From Minisyncoccota bacterium (GTDB lineage Bacteria > Patescibacteriota > Minisyncoccia > UBA6257 > GWB1-50-10): a stretch of 57,930 nucleotides of DNA. Location: assembly GCA_020059915.1 (NCBI GenBank), contig JAGVBB010000002.1, forward strand, positions 128,129 through 186,058. Direction: 5' to 3'. The number at the start of each line of letters is the position of its first letter. Positions within the stretch are counted from its first letter, which is position 1. The position numbers were made by a program, and so were the translations under genes. Positions 29,422-40,297 of the stretch are shown here, in pieces. The notes beneath the pieces are model-generated. The model searched no databases, was not told the DNA's origin, and saw only the letters and a list, made by a program, of their open reading frames with translations.

Positions 29422-31203
29422 ATGTCTCTTAATCAACTAGAAAGAGAACTATCTCAACATTCTCATAAAGAACAAGGAAAGAAAAAATCCGTTTTAAAAT
29501 GGGTTCTCATTTTTTTTATTATTTGTTTTTCTATTATTATTCTCGGCGGTGGTTTTCTTATTTGGACGTTGTTGTTTCAGGAAAGTGGATCCGTAGATAT
29601 TTCCATACAAGTTGATAAGAGTATCATGCGTGGCATTCCATTTGAGTCGGTAATAATGATTTCAAACGAACAAGATATTGCAATTTCTGATGCAAAACTA
29701 TCACTCATTCTTCCTGATGGGGTGCGGGAAGCGAGTACAGGAGGTACATTAATTTCCGAACCATTAGGCGTTGTTCAAGGCGGTACATCAGTAAAAAGAA
29801 GCTTTTCTCTTATCTCTGTAAACGAAAAAGGTACAACAAAAGATATTGAGGCGCGGGTCTCATATATTGGTGGAAACAATAACCGATTTGAACCTAACGG
29901 GACAAAAGCAACCATTGAAGTAACTAGCGAACCACTCACTGTTGCTGTCTCCCTTCCTGATAATATTGTTCGTGGCTCTCCATTTTCTTTTGAAATTCAA
30001 TATGCCAACAAATCAAATGTTGATATGCGAGATATCTTAATTCTTGCAGAGTATCCAAATACATTTCATTTTGATCGCGCATCTGTTGATCCGGATAGAT
30101 TAAACAATAGGTGGCATATTGTTTCACTTAAAAAAGATACTATTGATAGCATAGAAGTTACGGGGACATATGAGGGAGATGAGTCGGTTCCACTTACTAT
30201 ACCTATTTCTCTCGCCCTTTCTTTGGGTGATAGAGATTATATTATTGCTTCATCAAAATCTTCAAAGGATGCACAACCATCTCCTGTAACACTCGATATA
30301 TTAGTGAATGGTACAAAAAACTATATTGCAAAAGCAGGTGATACATTAAACTATTCAATTCAATATGAAAACAGGACAGGGACTGCGTTGAAAAATGTAG
30401 AAATTTCTCTCGCTCTTTCTGGTGAGATGGTAGACTTTCAATCTCTTTCTGGTGGAATAATAAATAAGCGTGATATGAGTATTAATTGGAATTCCGCAAA
30501 CACACCAGTTTTGGAATTGTTGAGTGCGGGAGGCAAGGGAGAATTATCAGCAACAGTAAAAGTAAAAGAGATTTATCCAATAAAAAAAGCAAATGATAAA
30601 AATTTTTCTATTGTAGGAAGAGTAAAACTTGAATCTCCAACAGTCCCTTCATATTTACACACCTTAAGAACAACAGCGTCGGCAAATATGGAAACAAAAA
30701 TTGGTGGGTATCTTGGAGTTGCATCGGAGCTTCGATATCGAGATCCAGAATCGGGTATGGTAAACAGTGGTCCATTTCCTCCAAAAGTTGGACAAGCAAC
30801 AGAGTACACAGTTCACTGGGTTTTGGAAACGGGGGCAACAGACATAAAAGATGTTGAGATATCAAGCGTGCTTGAACATGGAGTTCAATTTGCTGGAGTA
30901 TCAAAATCAAACATAGAAACAAAACCAGAATATGACTCAACTTCAAATACCATTAAGTGGAAGATTCCACGCATTTTATCTGGAAGGGGAGTGGTGAGTG
31001 ATATTATTCAGGCGACCTTCCAAGTTCGGGCAACACCATCACAAGATCAAGCGAAGCAGTTCATGCCAATTATGAAAGAAACAATAGCGAGAGGCACAGA
31101 CGAATTTACTGAGATAGAACTTGTTTCGCGTGACGTTGCTCTTTCCACATCTCTTCCTGATGATCCCACGGTTGGTGCGGGTGGGGGAAGGGTAGTACAG
31201 TAA
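29422..31203 (+). CDS. Membrane-anchored extracellular protein with DUF11-like Ig repeats
   Basis: Single TM, repeated YxN.....L.NV.I motifs, GPFPPKVGQATEYTVHW. Confidence 0.75.
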   Translation: MSLNQLERELSQHSHKEQGKKKSVLKWVLIFFIICFSIIILGGGFLIWTLLFQESGSVDISIQVDKSIMRGIPFESVIMISNEQDIAISDAKLSLILPDGVREASTGGTLISEPLGVVQGGTSVKRSFSLISVNEKGTTKDIEARVSYIGGNNNRFEPNGTKATIEVTSEPLTVAVSLPDNIVRGSPFSFEIQYANKSNVDMRDILILAEYPNTFHFDRASVDPDRLNNRWHIVSLKKDTIDSIEVTGTYEGDESVPLTIPISLALSLGDRDYIIASSKSSKDAQPSPVTLDILVNGTKNYIAKAGDTLNYSIQYENRTGTALKNVEISLALSGEMVDFQSLSGGIINKRDMSINWNSANTPVLELLSAGGKGELSATVKVKEIYPIKKANDKNFSIVGRVKLESPTVPSYLHTLRTTASANMETKIGGYLGVASELRYRDPESGMVNSGPFPPKVGQATEYTVHWVLETGATDIKDVEISSVLEHGVQFAGVSKSNIETKPEYDSTSNTIKWKIPRILSGRGVVSDIIQATFQVRATPSQDQAKQFMPIMKETIARGTDEFTEIELVSRDVALSTSLPDDPTVGAGGGRVVQ

Positions 31204-31347
31204 TACAAAGTGAAAAGTGCTCTATAAACATGAAAAACCCATATTCTATGGGCTTTTTGTTTATATAAAAAATGATAATATTGACTTTTTAGTAATTTAG
31301 GTGTATAATATATACATTAACAATTTAATAATAGATTGGAGAAAAAG

Positions 31348-31719
31348 ATGGAAGCAAGAAGATTTTTTGGTTTGGTTTTTATGTTTTTTCTTGGTTTATT
31401 GGTTGGATACCTAATATTCAACAATACACAAAGAAAGCAAGAATCAATTTTAGAGCCGAGCCAACAAAAAATAAGGATAGAAAAAACCATTTCTGAAATT
31501 GAAGTTAATGAATTTGGATATACTGTTCCTTGGGCGGTATCGTATGATGGAAATTCATATAGAGTTAATCCTGATTATACTGTTCATACTGAAACTGGTG
31601 GAACGGTTACGATGCTACTTAAACGCTCAAAAGATGGTTATCACGCCTATCCAAAAGAAAAGATTGAACAAGATGGAGTCCATTGGATGAACGGTGTTGA
31701 TGTTAAGGTTCATTATTAA
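31348..31719 (+). CDS. Hypothetical membrane-anchored protein
   Basis: Consensus promoter TTGACT-17-TATAAT, SD GGAG, N-terminal TM. Confidence 0.7.
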   Translation: MEARRFFGLVFMFFLGLLVGYLIFNNTQRKQESILEPSQQKIRIEKTISEIEVNEFGYTVPWAVSYDGNSYRVNPDYTVHTETGGTVTMLLKRSKDGYHAYPKEKIEQDGVHWMNGVDVKVHY

Positions 31720-31736
31720 TTTTGAAGAGGTGAAAA

Positions 31737-31967
31737 ATGAAAAGTCTTCTTTCCGCTGTTATACTTTTGTGTATCCTGATATATGCATTGGCTTTTATGG
31801 CCGGTGGATCAAAGCTCGCAAACAAATTTCTTAACTGGCTCAAAAAGCAATTTGTTAGTTTCCTGAGATGGATTGGGAGTGCGACAACAGACATTTTGCG
31901 AGCACATCCAATGATTGTTGGAGGTGTGATATTCATTCTTATTCTTCTATTCTTTTTTGGGTATTAA
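31737..31967 (+). CDS. Hypothetical 2-TM small protein
   Basis: SD GAGGTG, two hydrophobic helices, terminator hairpin follows. Confidence 0.65.
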   Translation: MKSLLSAVILLCILIYALAFMAGGSKLANKFLNWLKKQFVSFLRWIGSATTDILRAHPMIVGGVIFILILLFFFGY

Positions 31968-32037
31968 TACGGACCGATATGGTCCGTTTTTATTTATCCC
32001 ATTCCCTATTTTATTATTCCTATGATATTCTAGTGGT

Positions 32038-33375
32038 ATGGATATTTTCGAGAAAATTTCATCACTCGCAAAACGACGTGGTTTTATATATCAAGGATCT
32101 GACATTTATGGAGGACTTGCGGGAACATGGGATTATGGACCACTTGGTGTTGAATTAAAGAGGAATATAAAAAATGAATATTGGAAGACAATGGTGCAAA
32201 TGCGTGACGACGTGGTTGGTATTGATGCGGCGATTATCATGAGTCCGAAGGTTTGGGAGGCGTCCGGACACCTGGAGTCGTTCTCCGATCCGCTTGTGGA
32301 ATGTAAAAAATGTCACCATAGATTTCGTGCAGATACAATTATTGATGAGGTGAAACTGAAGGCAAAAGATTTTTCAATTACCGACTACGCATGTCCTGAT
32401 TGTAGTGGGGAGCTCACTGAACCAAAAACATTCAATTTAATGGTAGAAACATATCTTGGTGTGGTTGAGGGAGAAAAATTGAAAACATATTTACGAGGAG
32501 AGATCACACAGGGTGTTCATGTAAATTTCAAAAATGTGCTTTCTTCTTCTCGAGTTAAATTACCATTTGGTATTGCTCAAGTTGGAAAGGCATTTCGCAA
32601 TGAAATCACTCCTGGTGGATTTACATTTCGTTCACGTGAATTTGAACAAATGGAGCTACAGTTTTATGTGAAACCGAACGATGAGGAATCAATGAAGTGG
32701 TTTGAATATTGGAAAGAGGAACGTAGGAAGTGGTATCTATCACTGGGGATGCGTGAAGAAAATCTCCAATTTAAAAAACATAATCAACTCGCTCATTATG
32801 CGAAGGCCGCATATGATGTTGAATATAATGCGGGCGGAGATTGGAAAGAGATGGAAGGAATCCATCATCGGGGAACGTGGGATCTTTCTCGTCACGAGCA
32901 GTTTTCAAAACAGGATATGACGTATTTCGATGAAGAGTCAAAAGAGCGATATACCCCGATGGTTATTGAGACTTCTGGTGGTGTTGATCGAGCAACCCTC
33001 TTCTTTTTAATGGACGCGTATTATGAAGAAGAGATAAAAGATGGAGATGTGCGTACGGTATTAAAACTCCATCCAAAACTTGCTCCATATAAAGCGGCAG
33101 TATTCCCATTACTCGCAAATAAACCAGAATTGGTGGAAAAGGCACGAGGTATCTACGATAAACTTAAATGTGATTGGATGATTGCATGGGATGAACGGGG
33201 AAACATTGGAAAGCGATACAGGACACAGGATGAGATAGGAACACCATATTGTTTCACAGTAGATTTTGAAACATTAGAAAATGACACGGTAACGGTGCGC
33301 AATAGAGATACCATGACACAGGAGCGGATAAAAATATCAGAAATTTACGATTTTATAAAAAATAAATTGCAATAA
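32038..33375 (+). CDS. glyQS: Glycine--tRNA ligase (alpha2 type)
   Basis: IYGGLAGTWDYGPLG, GKAFRNEITP, REFEQME, IGKRYRTQDEIGTP. Confidence 0.97.
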   Translation: MDIFEKISSLAKRRGFIYQGSDIYGGLAGTWDYGPLGVELKRNIKNEYWKTMVQMRDDVVGIDAAIIMSPKVWEASGHLESFSDPLVECKKCHHRFRADTIIDEVKLKAKDFSITDYACPDCSGELTEPKTFNLMVETYLGVVEGEKLKTYLRGEITQGVHVNFKNVLSSSRVKLPFGIAQVGKAFRNEITPGGFTFRSREFEQMELQFYVKPNDEESMKWFEYWKEERRKWYLSLGMREENLQFKKHNQLAHYAKAAYDVEYNAGGDWKEMEGIHHRGTWDLSRHEQFSKQDMTYFDEESKERYTPMVIETSGGVDRATLFFLMDAYYEEEIKDGDVRTVLKLHPKLAPYKAAVFPLLANKPELVEKARGIYDKLKCDWMIAWDERGNIGKRYRTQDEIGTPYCFTVDFETLENDTVTVRNRDTMTQERIKISEIYDFIKNKLQ

Positions 33376-33400
33376 AAAATCCCCGCAAACGCGGGGAGTT

Positions 33401-33763
33401 TTATTGCCAATTTGGGATGGGCGCCCATGAGTATATGTTTTTCTTTGAAAAATGTGCTCGTATTGCACGTACCTCTTCTTCGTGTTCACTACTATTGAGA
33501 AACATTAAAATAAGATTCTCACATTTTTTTATTGTTGGTTTTTTAAGAAGAAGGTGTTGTAGTGCGGTGATTCTTACTTCGAAATTTTCATTATTGAGTA
33601 ATTCAACAAGCGCATATTCCGCATTCAGTCGTTCTGTTTTTGATTCTTCTTCTGACTGGTAAACAATACCGATATCATTTGTAATAATGTGTCGAGTTAT
33701 TGGGTCGACAATTTTAATGTCTTTGGATAGATTTTCCACAGAATCGGAATATATTCGTTTCAT
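33401..33763 (-). CDS. Hypothetical helical protein, paralog of the upstream gene
   Basis: SD AGGAGG; AEYALVELLNNENFEVRITALQHLL HEAT-like segment. Confidence 0.65.
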   Translation of the reverse strand: MKRIYSDSVENLSKDIKIVDPITRHIITNDIGIVYQSEEESKTERLNAEYALVELLNNENFEVRITALQHLLLKKPTIKKCENLILMFLNSSEHEEEVRAIRAHFSKKNIYSWAPIPNWQ

Positions 33764-33771
33764 TTTTCCTC

Positions 33772-34110
33772 CTAAAATGTGAGCCACGGCTCGCTACCGT
33801 TTTGAATGATCATATGTCTTACTTCGGCTGCTCTCCCTGGATACTGTGTGATATATTTTTTTATAATATCTCTACTTTGTTCACTCGGTTCTTTTATAAG
33901 TAGATAACTGAGTGCGATTTTTTGTGCATCAACACTAGAATCGTTCAGAAGAGATATGAGTGTTGCTTCTGCAACTGGTACATTTTCTTCTTCTGAGTCC
34001 GAAAATATTTCGCCAATTTCGTTTACTATTAAGCAGAATGGATAGGGGGAAACTACGCGTCTTGTTGCTATCAAAATAAGTTCGCTAATATTTAGATCTG
34101 TTTGTCTCAT
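33772..34110 (-). CDS. Hypothetical helical protein, paralog of the downstream gene
   Basis: SD GAGGTGG; AEATLISLLNDSSVDAQKIALSYLL. Confidence 0.65.
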   Translation of the reverse strand: MRQTDLNISELILIATRRVVSPYPFCLIVNEIGEIFSDSEEENVPVAEATLISLLNDSSVDAQKIALSYLLIKEPSEQSRDIIKKYITQYPGRAAEVRHMIIQNGSEPWLTF

Positions 34111-34217
34111 AACCACCTCTTTTTATATTGTGAATGATGAAACTACTATGCAATATAAACACAAAAAATGCAAGTTTTTGTTGTCAGTTATAGCTACTCT
34201 GTTGTATCTTTATATAT

Positions 34218-35489
34218 ATGAATCACAATGTAATTCAGAAAAAACTTTCTAATGGAATTCGATTGATTGTTGTTCCACAAAAAGGAAATACAGCAACAAC
34301 ACTCGCAGTATTTGTTGAGGCAGGTTCGAAATATGAGGAAAAGAAACTAAATGGCATTTCCCATTTTCTCGAGCATATGTGTTTTAAAGGAACAGAGAAG
34401 AGACCAAAACCAATTATCATTGCACAGGAACTTGAGGGACTTGGTGCGGAATATAATGCATTTACTGCAGAGGAATATACTGGGTATTACGCGAAAGTAA
34501 AAAATGAATCATTCCATAATGCATTGGATATTATCACTGATATGTATCTAAATCCTGTAATTAACACAGAAGAGCTTGAAAGAGAAAAAGGCGTTATTAT
34601 TGAAGAAATAAATATGTATGAGGATATTCCACCACGGAAGGTTCCTGAAATATTTATGCAGACATTATATGGAGACCAACCAGCTGGGTGGTCAATTGCT
34701 GGAAAGAAGGAGGTTGTTCAAAAAGTTACACGGGAGGATTTTATTACATATCGGTCACAACACTATGTACCAAGCGCAACTACTATTGCGATTGCCGGCG
34801 GAGCAAACTTTAAACATATAGAAAAAAAACTAGAATCTATCTTTAGTGGGATGAAGAAGGGAAAAAAAGTTGAAAAAAAACCGGTTCGTGAATTACAAGG
34901 AAAACCACGAGAAATGGTTTCATTTAAAGAGTCAGATCAAACCCATTTTATGATGGGATTTCGCGCATTTGATATGTATGACAAACGACGTTTTACACTT
35001 CAGGTACTCGCGGATATTTTAGGTGGCGGAATGGCGTCTCGATTATTTATTCGCGTGCGAGAACAGCTTGGTGCAGCATATTATGTAAATGCATTTCCCA
35101 ATCTCTATACTGATCATGGATACATTGCAATGTCGGCGGGAGTAAATCATGAGAAATTGCGCGCGGTTATTTCCGCGTCACTTGAGGAGTTTGATCGAAT
35201 GAAAAAGGAATTAGTAACAAAAGAAGAATTGGAGCGCGCAAAAGAACATTTGATTGGAAATTTTTATCTCTCAATTGAAACATCCGATCAGTTGTGTATG
35301 TATTATGGAATGCAAACGCTTATGAAAGGAGGGGTATATTCTCCCGAGATGATTGCTAAAAAAATTCGCGCAGTAAAAGCGGGAGATATTCAAAAACTTG
35401 CTCGAGAGTTGTTTATTAATAAATCCTTAAATCTTGCACTTGTTGGTCCATACAAGGACAAAACGTTTAGTGATATACTAAAGATATAA
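34218..35489 (+). CDS. M16 (pitrilysin) family zinc peptidase
   Basis: GISHFLEHMCFKGT inverted zinc motif, NAFT, SRLF..VRE..G.AY. Confidence 0.95.
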   Translation: MNHNVIQKKLSNGIRLIVVPQKGNTATTLAVFVEAGSKYEEKKLNGISHFLEHMCFKGTEKRPKPIIIAQELEGLGAEYNAFTAEEYTGYYAKVKNESFHNALDIITDMYLNPVINTEELEREKGVIIEEINMYEDIPPRKVPEIFMQTLYGDQPAGWSIAGKKEVVQKVTREDFITYRSQHYVPSATTIAIAGGANFKHIEKKLESIFSGMKKGKKVEKKPVRELQGKPREMVSFKESDQTHFMMGFRAFDMYDKRRFTLQVLADILGGGMASRLFIRVREQLGAAYYVNAFPNLYTDHGYIAMSAGVNHEKLRAVISASLEEFDRMKKELVTKEELERAKEHLIGNFYLSIETSDQLCMYYGMQTLMKGGVYSPEMIAKKIRAVKAGDIQKLARELFINKSLNLALVGPYKDKTFSDILKI

Positions 35490-36502
35490 TGTCGGATACA
35501 AGGAAATTTGAAATTGGGTGGGGAACAATGTGGCATATTGCTGCATTTCTCGCAATTGTTTATTTTCTTATTGTCGCGCGATCAGCTGTTGCGGTCTTTC
35601 TCGTTTCTGCTGTGATTTCTCTTGGGTTTGATCCGTTTGTTTCTTTCCTTGAACGCATAAAAATACCGCGCATACTAGGGACATTTGTTGTCTTTGTTTT
35701 TGGAATCTTGATTCTTGGGACCGCTGCGTATATTGCTGTTCCAATTCTTTTGGAAGAATTTCAAAATTTCATTTCTTATTTTAGTTCAGTCTCTTATTCG
35801 CTATTTGGTATAAAAATTCCATCTTTGCAAATTGGGTCTATTGGTCAATATTGGCAGGAAACACTTAATGCAATAGGTGTTTCTGGTGCGTCTATAGGAT
35901 CTGCAGTTGGTTCAATATTTTTCCAAGGGTTTCTCGTTGTTGCAACGGTTGTTTCTTCCTTTTACCTGACCTTTGATGCAACTGTTTTGGAGCGGGTTAT
36001 TAAAGCAATTGTTCCGAGTGCACAAGAAAAGGGAGCACTTACACTGTTCAATAATTTTAAAAAAAGAATTAGAAGATGGTTTTCTGCTCAATTATTACTT
36101 TGTCTTATTGTCGGTTTGGTAGTTTGGCTTGGAATGTGGTTGCTTGGGGTTCCCTATGCATTTGCTATAGGAATTCTCGCGGCAGTGTTTGAGCTTGTTC
36201 CTATGATTGGCCCAGCAATTGTTGGTGTTGCAGCATTTCTTATCGCTATTTCACAATCATTTGCACTTGGAATATATGCACTTATTTTCTTTATGATTGT
36301 TCAACAGCTTGAAAATAATATTCTTGTCCCCTTGGTTATGGGAAGAGCAATGCGAGTTCACCCACTCATGGTAATTCTTTCAATGCTCGCAGGAGGTCAG
36401 ATTGCCGGATTTATTGGGGTTCTTCTCGCTGTTCCTATTGCAGTTATGACGGAAGAGGTGGTAACCTACGTGGGAGAGAGACGCAAAACTTCGGAGAATT
36501 AA
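35489..36502 (+). CDS. AI-2E family transporter
   Basis: Multi-[22 protein letters not shown]....VHPL, GVLLAVP. Confidence 0.92.
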   Translation: MSDTRKFEIGWGTMWHIAAFLAIVYFLIVARSAVAVFLVSAVISLGFDPFVSFLERIKIPRILGTFVVFVFGILILGTAAYIAVPILLEEFQNFISYFSSVSYSLFGIKIPSLQIGSIGQYWQETLNAIGVSGASIGSAVGSIFFQGFLVVATVVSSFYLTFDATVLERVIKAIVPSAQEKGALTLFNNFKKRIRRWFSAQLLLCLIVGLVVWLGMWLLGVPYAFAIGILAAVFELVPMIGPAIVGVAAFLIAISQSFALGIYALIFFMIVQQLENNILVPLVMGRAMRVHPLMVILSMLAGGQIAGFIGVLLAVPIAVMTEEVVTYVGERRKTSEN

Positions 36503-36551
36503 GATATATTATTTATCGCTCCGAAACTGTATTCGGAGTTTATTTATTATC

Positions 36552-38006
36552 ATGGAAAAAAATAATTTTTATATAACAACAACATTGCCGTATGTAAATG
36601 CAAAACCACATATGGGACACGCATTGGAATTTGTGCAGGCAGATGTTATTGCAAGATATCAGAAACTTCTTGGAAAAAGGGTTTTTTTCAATACAGGAAC
36701 CGATGAACATGGACAAAAGATTTATACAAAAGCAAATGAAGTAGGACTGGATCCACAAGCATATGCTGATGAATATGCGGAAAAATTTAAAATAATTCTT
36801 GATAAATTGAATATTTCAAAAGATGTTCATTTTATTCGAACAACAGATAAACATCACAAAGAAGCTGCACAATATTTTTGGAATCTCTGCAAAGAAAAGG
36901 GGGATATTTATAAGAAAACATATAAAATAAAATATTGTATTGGGTGTGAACTCGAAAAAACTGACTCTGAATTACTTGATGGAGTATGTCCAGAACACCC
37001 CAATCTTGTTTTGGAGGATCGAGAAGAAGAAAATTATTTCTTTAAATTTTCGAATTACGAAAAACAACTCATATCATTCTATGAGAAGTATCAAGATTTT
37101 GTTGTCCCAGATTTTCGATTTAATGAAATAAAGAATTTTGTTAAAAATGGACTTTCTGATTTCAGTATTTCACGTCTTAAATCAAAAATGCCATGGGGTG
37201 TTGCCGTACCAGATGATGATACTCAGGTGATGTATGTGTGGTTTGATGCGCTTATAAATTATATTTCGACATTGGGTTGGCCAGAAGATAAAGAACAATT
37301 CACTACATATTGGGGAGATAAAGACGTTCAAAATGCAGTTCAGATTGCTGGAAAAGATAATTTGAGACAACAGTCAGCAATGTGGCAGGCAATGCTCATG
37401 TCTGCGGGTGTTCCTACATCAAAACAGATCATAATTCATGGTTTCATTGTGAGCGCTGGACAAAAGATGGCAAAATCATTGGGCAATGTGATAGATCCAT
37501 ATGAAGTTATAGAAAAGTTTGGAACTGATGGATTGCGTTTTTGGCTCACCAAAGAAATGAATACATTTGAAGATGGTGACTTTACTTATGAAAAATGTAT
37601 GGATGCTTATATTAGTGGGCTTTCAAATGGACTGGGGAACCTAGTAAGTAGGACAATGAAAATGGCTCAAAGCGCAGGATTGAATATACAAAAAGAAGTT
37701 TCTATTCATGATGAGGCATTTGTTATATACAGAAAATATCTTGATGTGTATGAAATAAAAAAAGCAGCAGAAGAAATTTGGAATAGAATTTCAATTTGTG
37801 ACAAAAAAATACAGGAAACAGAGCCATTTAAATTAATAAAAACTGATGAGGTGGGGGCAAAAAAAATACTTACCGAATTAGTTGAGCAAATCTGGGAGAT
37901 TGAGTTAATGCTCCGTCCATTTCTTCCGGAGACAGCGGAGAAAATTTCAGCAATTTTAAAAAATCCACAGAACCCGATCACGCCATTATTTCCTCGCATC
38001 ACGTAA
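36552..38006 (+). CDS. metG: Methionine--tRNA ligase
   Basis: [43 protein letters not shown]. Confidence 0.97.
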   Translation: MEKNNFYITTTLPYVNAKPHMGHALEFVQADVIARYQKLLGKRVFFNTGTDEHGQKIYTKANEVGLDPQAYADEYAEKFKIILDKLNISKDVHFIRTTDKHHKEAAQYFWNLCKEKGDIYKKTYKIKYCIGCELEKTDSELLDGVCPEHPNLVLEDREEENYFFKFSNYEKQLISFYEKYQDFVVPDFRFNEIKNFVKNGLSDFSISRLKSKMPWGVAVPDDDTQVMYVWFDALINYISTLGWPEDKEQFTTYWGDKDVQNAVQIAGKDNLRQQSAMWQAMLMSAGVPTSKQIIIHGFIVSAGQKMAKSLGNVIDPYEVIEKFGTDGLRFWLTKEMNTFEDGDFTYEKCMDAYISGLSNGLGNLVSRTMKMAQSAGLNIQKEVSIHDEAFVIYRKYLDVYEIKKAAEEIWNRISICDKKIQETEPFKLIKTDEVGAKKILTELVEQIWEIELMLRPFLPETAEKISAILKNPQNPITPLFPRIT

Positions 38007-38019
38007 AATAAAGCCCCTC

Positions 38020-38583
38020 TTAGTGAGGGGTTTGTAATTTTTCGAGAAGTTCATCAATCTGTTCATAGAATTCTTGCTCAGTTCCATTATTAGTAAGAGT
38101 AAAATTAGAATTTTTAATTATGTCTCGGATTGATTGTTCCGTTTGTTTTTCTGATTGTTTTTGAAACTGCTCCCAAGTGATTTCCGCTTCTCCAGATTTC
38201 TGTCCGCGTTTTTTTATACGATTAAATCGTATTTCTGGATCAGTATGAAGTCCGACAATAAATGAATTGGGAAGGCGCTGTATCGCGTTTACATCACTTA
38301 AAAAACGAACACCATTCCATGCGACAATCTTTTTTTTTGATTCAAGCATGTCTGCAATCATTGCGTTGCTGATTACTGATTCTCCGAGATGTTCTCGAAG
38401 TCCAATGGGGAGTTTTTGTAGGAGATCACGATTTTCTGGATCAAGGTGTAATAAGGAAAGTATTTTCCCAAGAAGTTCAGAACTTACAAGGACTGTTGCG
38501 TTTTTGTATGTTTTTAGACGATGCCCTATCGTGTCTTTTCCAGATCCGATTTCTCCACAGATCCCAAGATATATTGTTTCCAT
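38020..38583 (-). CDS. P-loop kinase (dephospho-CoA/dNMP kinase-like)
   Basis: GICGEIGSGKDT Walker A, NGVRF..DV, RFNRIKKRG lid, NNGT. Confidence 0.8.
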   Translation of the reverse strand: METIYLGICGEIGSGKDTIGHRLKTYKNATVLVSSELLGKILSLLHLDPENRDLLQKLPIGLREHLGESVISNAMIADMLESKKKIVAWNGVRFLSDVNAIQRLPNSFIVGLHTDPEIRFNRIKKRGQKSGEAEITWEQFQKQSEKQTEQSIRDIIKNSNFTLTNNGTEQEFYEQIDELLEKLQTPH

Positions 38584-38638
38584 ATCTTCTCCATATTTGT
38601 TTTTTAATGTATGCTGGCATCATACCGCTTTTATATAT

Positions 38639-39481
38639 ATGAATGCAAATAATTTTTCTCTGAGACACTTAGATGTTCACACGCATACACATTTTCCTGC
38701 TTATGACGGTGATAGGGAAGATGTAATGTCGCGTGCTCGCGAACAAGGGATTGGGATGATTCAGATTGGAAGTAATATAAAGACATCAAAAGAAGCTGTC
38801 TTACTCGCAGAACAATACAATGATGGAGTATGGGCTTGTGTTGGGCTACATCCAATACATACCCACGAGACGTTTCATGACGAACACGAGGGGGTTGAAG
38901 AACCGGAAGAATTTGATATTGAGCAGTTAAAAGATTTATCAACAAGTAAAAAAGTTGTGGGAATTGGAGAGTGTGGGCTTGATTACTTTCATATAAAAAA
39001 AGAAGAAGACAAGATGATTCAAAAAAAAGTTTTCAAAGATCATATTAAGCTGGCACACGAATTAAAAAAACCACTTATGATTCACTGTAGAGAAGCATAC
39101 ACAGATCTCATTCAAATAATTAAAGAAGAAAAAGAGTTTCTCAATGAGTGCCCGGGTGTTATACATTTTTTTTGCGGAACAACAGAAGAGGCAAAAGATT
39201 TACTTGAACTTGGTTTTTATTTTACATTTGGGGGCGCAATAACATATCCAAAAAGAAAAAATGGAACTGACTATGAGGAGGTTATCAGATTAATCCCTAT
39301 TGAAAGATTATTTTCAGAAACAGATGCCCCGTATGTTGCTCCCGTTCCACACCGCGGAAAAAGAAATGAACCACTGTTTGTTCTTGAAGTTGAAAAAAAG
39401 ATAGCAGAAATAAAAGATGTTTCACCAGAGATAGTATCACGCATAATAATAGAAAATGCGCAAAAGGTATTTGGTATATAA
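38639..39481 (+). CDS. TatD family hydrolase
   Basis: DVHTH, GLHP, GIGECGLDY, IHCREA, HFF, ETDAPY, RGKRNEP. Start at ATG 38639. Confidence 0.95.
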   Translation: MNANNFSLRHLDVHTHTHFPAYDGDREDVMSRAREQGIGMIQIGSNIKTSKEAVLLAEQYNDGVWACVGLHPIHTHETFHDEHEGVEEPEEFDIEQLKDLSTSKKVVGIGECGLDYFHIKKEEDKMIQKKVFKDHIKLAHELKKPLMIHCREAYTDLIQIIKEEKEFLNECPGVIHFFCGTTEEAKDLLELGFYFTFGGAITYPKRKNGTDYEEVIRLIPIERLFSETDAPYVAPVPHRGKRNEPLFVLEVEKKIAEIKDVSPEIVSRIIIENAQKVFGI

Positions 39482-39550
39482 ATTGACTTTGTTGTCTATT
39501 TACCGCTACATTAGTATTAATCATTAATAACAAAAGAAAGGAGTGGTCCA

Positions 39551-40222
39551 ATGAAAAAAATACGAGCTCTTATATCCGACCTAGATGGGACTGCATTAAA
39601 CTCTGGGAAAAAAGGATTTCTCCGTCTTGGGATATTGGCGGAACGGAATGGAATAGATTTTACTGAAGAAGTTCAAATGAGATTAAGGGAAAATTGGGGA
39701 CTTTCTCCTGTTGAACTCATTATGATTGGTTTTTCCGTTAATCGTGAGGTTGCAGAAGATGTATATAATCAATGGGTACATCTAGACAAGCTAGATCCAA
39801 TTCCTTTGGTTGAAGGCGTTGAAGAAATGCTGAGACAGAATGTAGAGAAGGGAATTATAAACTTCATTTTTACTTCCCGACACACAAAAAGTGCTTGTGA
39901 TGTTTTGAAAAGATTTAATATTATTCATCTTTTTAAAGATGTTGTTGGTGTTGAGGGTGGATTAATCGTTTCTGCATCGGAGTTCAGAAAACCAGACCCG
40001 CGTTCACTAAATAATTTATTGCAATTTATTCATGAACGTCATGGAATTTCAAAAGATGAAATCGTATATGTTGGGGACGAAATTTTTGATATTCAGTGTG
40101 GAATGGGTGCCGGACTTCTTACCTTTGGGGTGACCTCGGGGTTAAAGACGAAAGAAGAACTCATTACTGCTGGAGCACCGGAACAAAATGTATTTCCAAC
40201 TCTTGCTCATATTATTTTTTGA
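39551..40222 (+). CDS. HAD family hydrolase
   Basis: SDLDGT motif I, FTS, KPDP, YVGDEIFD. Confidence 0.9.
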   Translation: MKKIRALISDLDGTALNSGKKGFLRLGILAERNGIDFTEEVQMRLRENWGLSPVELIMIGFSVNREVAEDVYNQWVHLDKLDPIPLVEGVEEMLRQNVEKGIINFIFTSRHTKSACDVLKRFNIIHLFKDVVGVEGGLIVSASEFRKPDPRSLNNLLQFIHERHGISKDEIVYVGDEIFDIQCGMGAGLLTFGVTSGLKTKEELITAGAPEQNVFPTLAHIIF

Positions 40223-40297
40223 ATGTACCCCGCTGAAATAGCGGGGTTTTTATTTTTTCTCAATTAGCATTACAATTGGATTAATTGTGCAAATGTT

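Noticed and set aside
38267-38638. Long N-terminal extensions in the ORF track (TatD, also YkuK, TsaD, FolD, metallophosphoesterase)
   Set aside because: They come from upstream alternative starts overlapping neighbouring genes; family motifs begin at the downstream starts used here.
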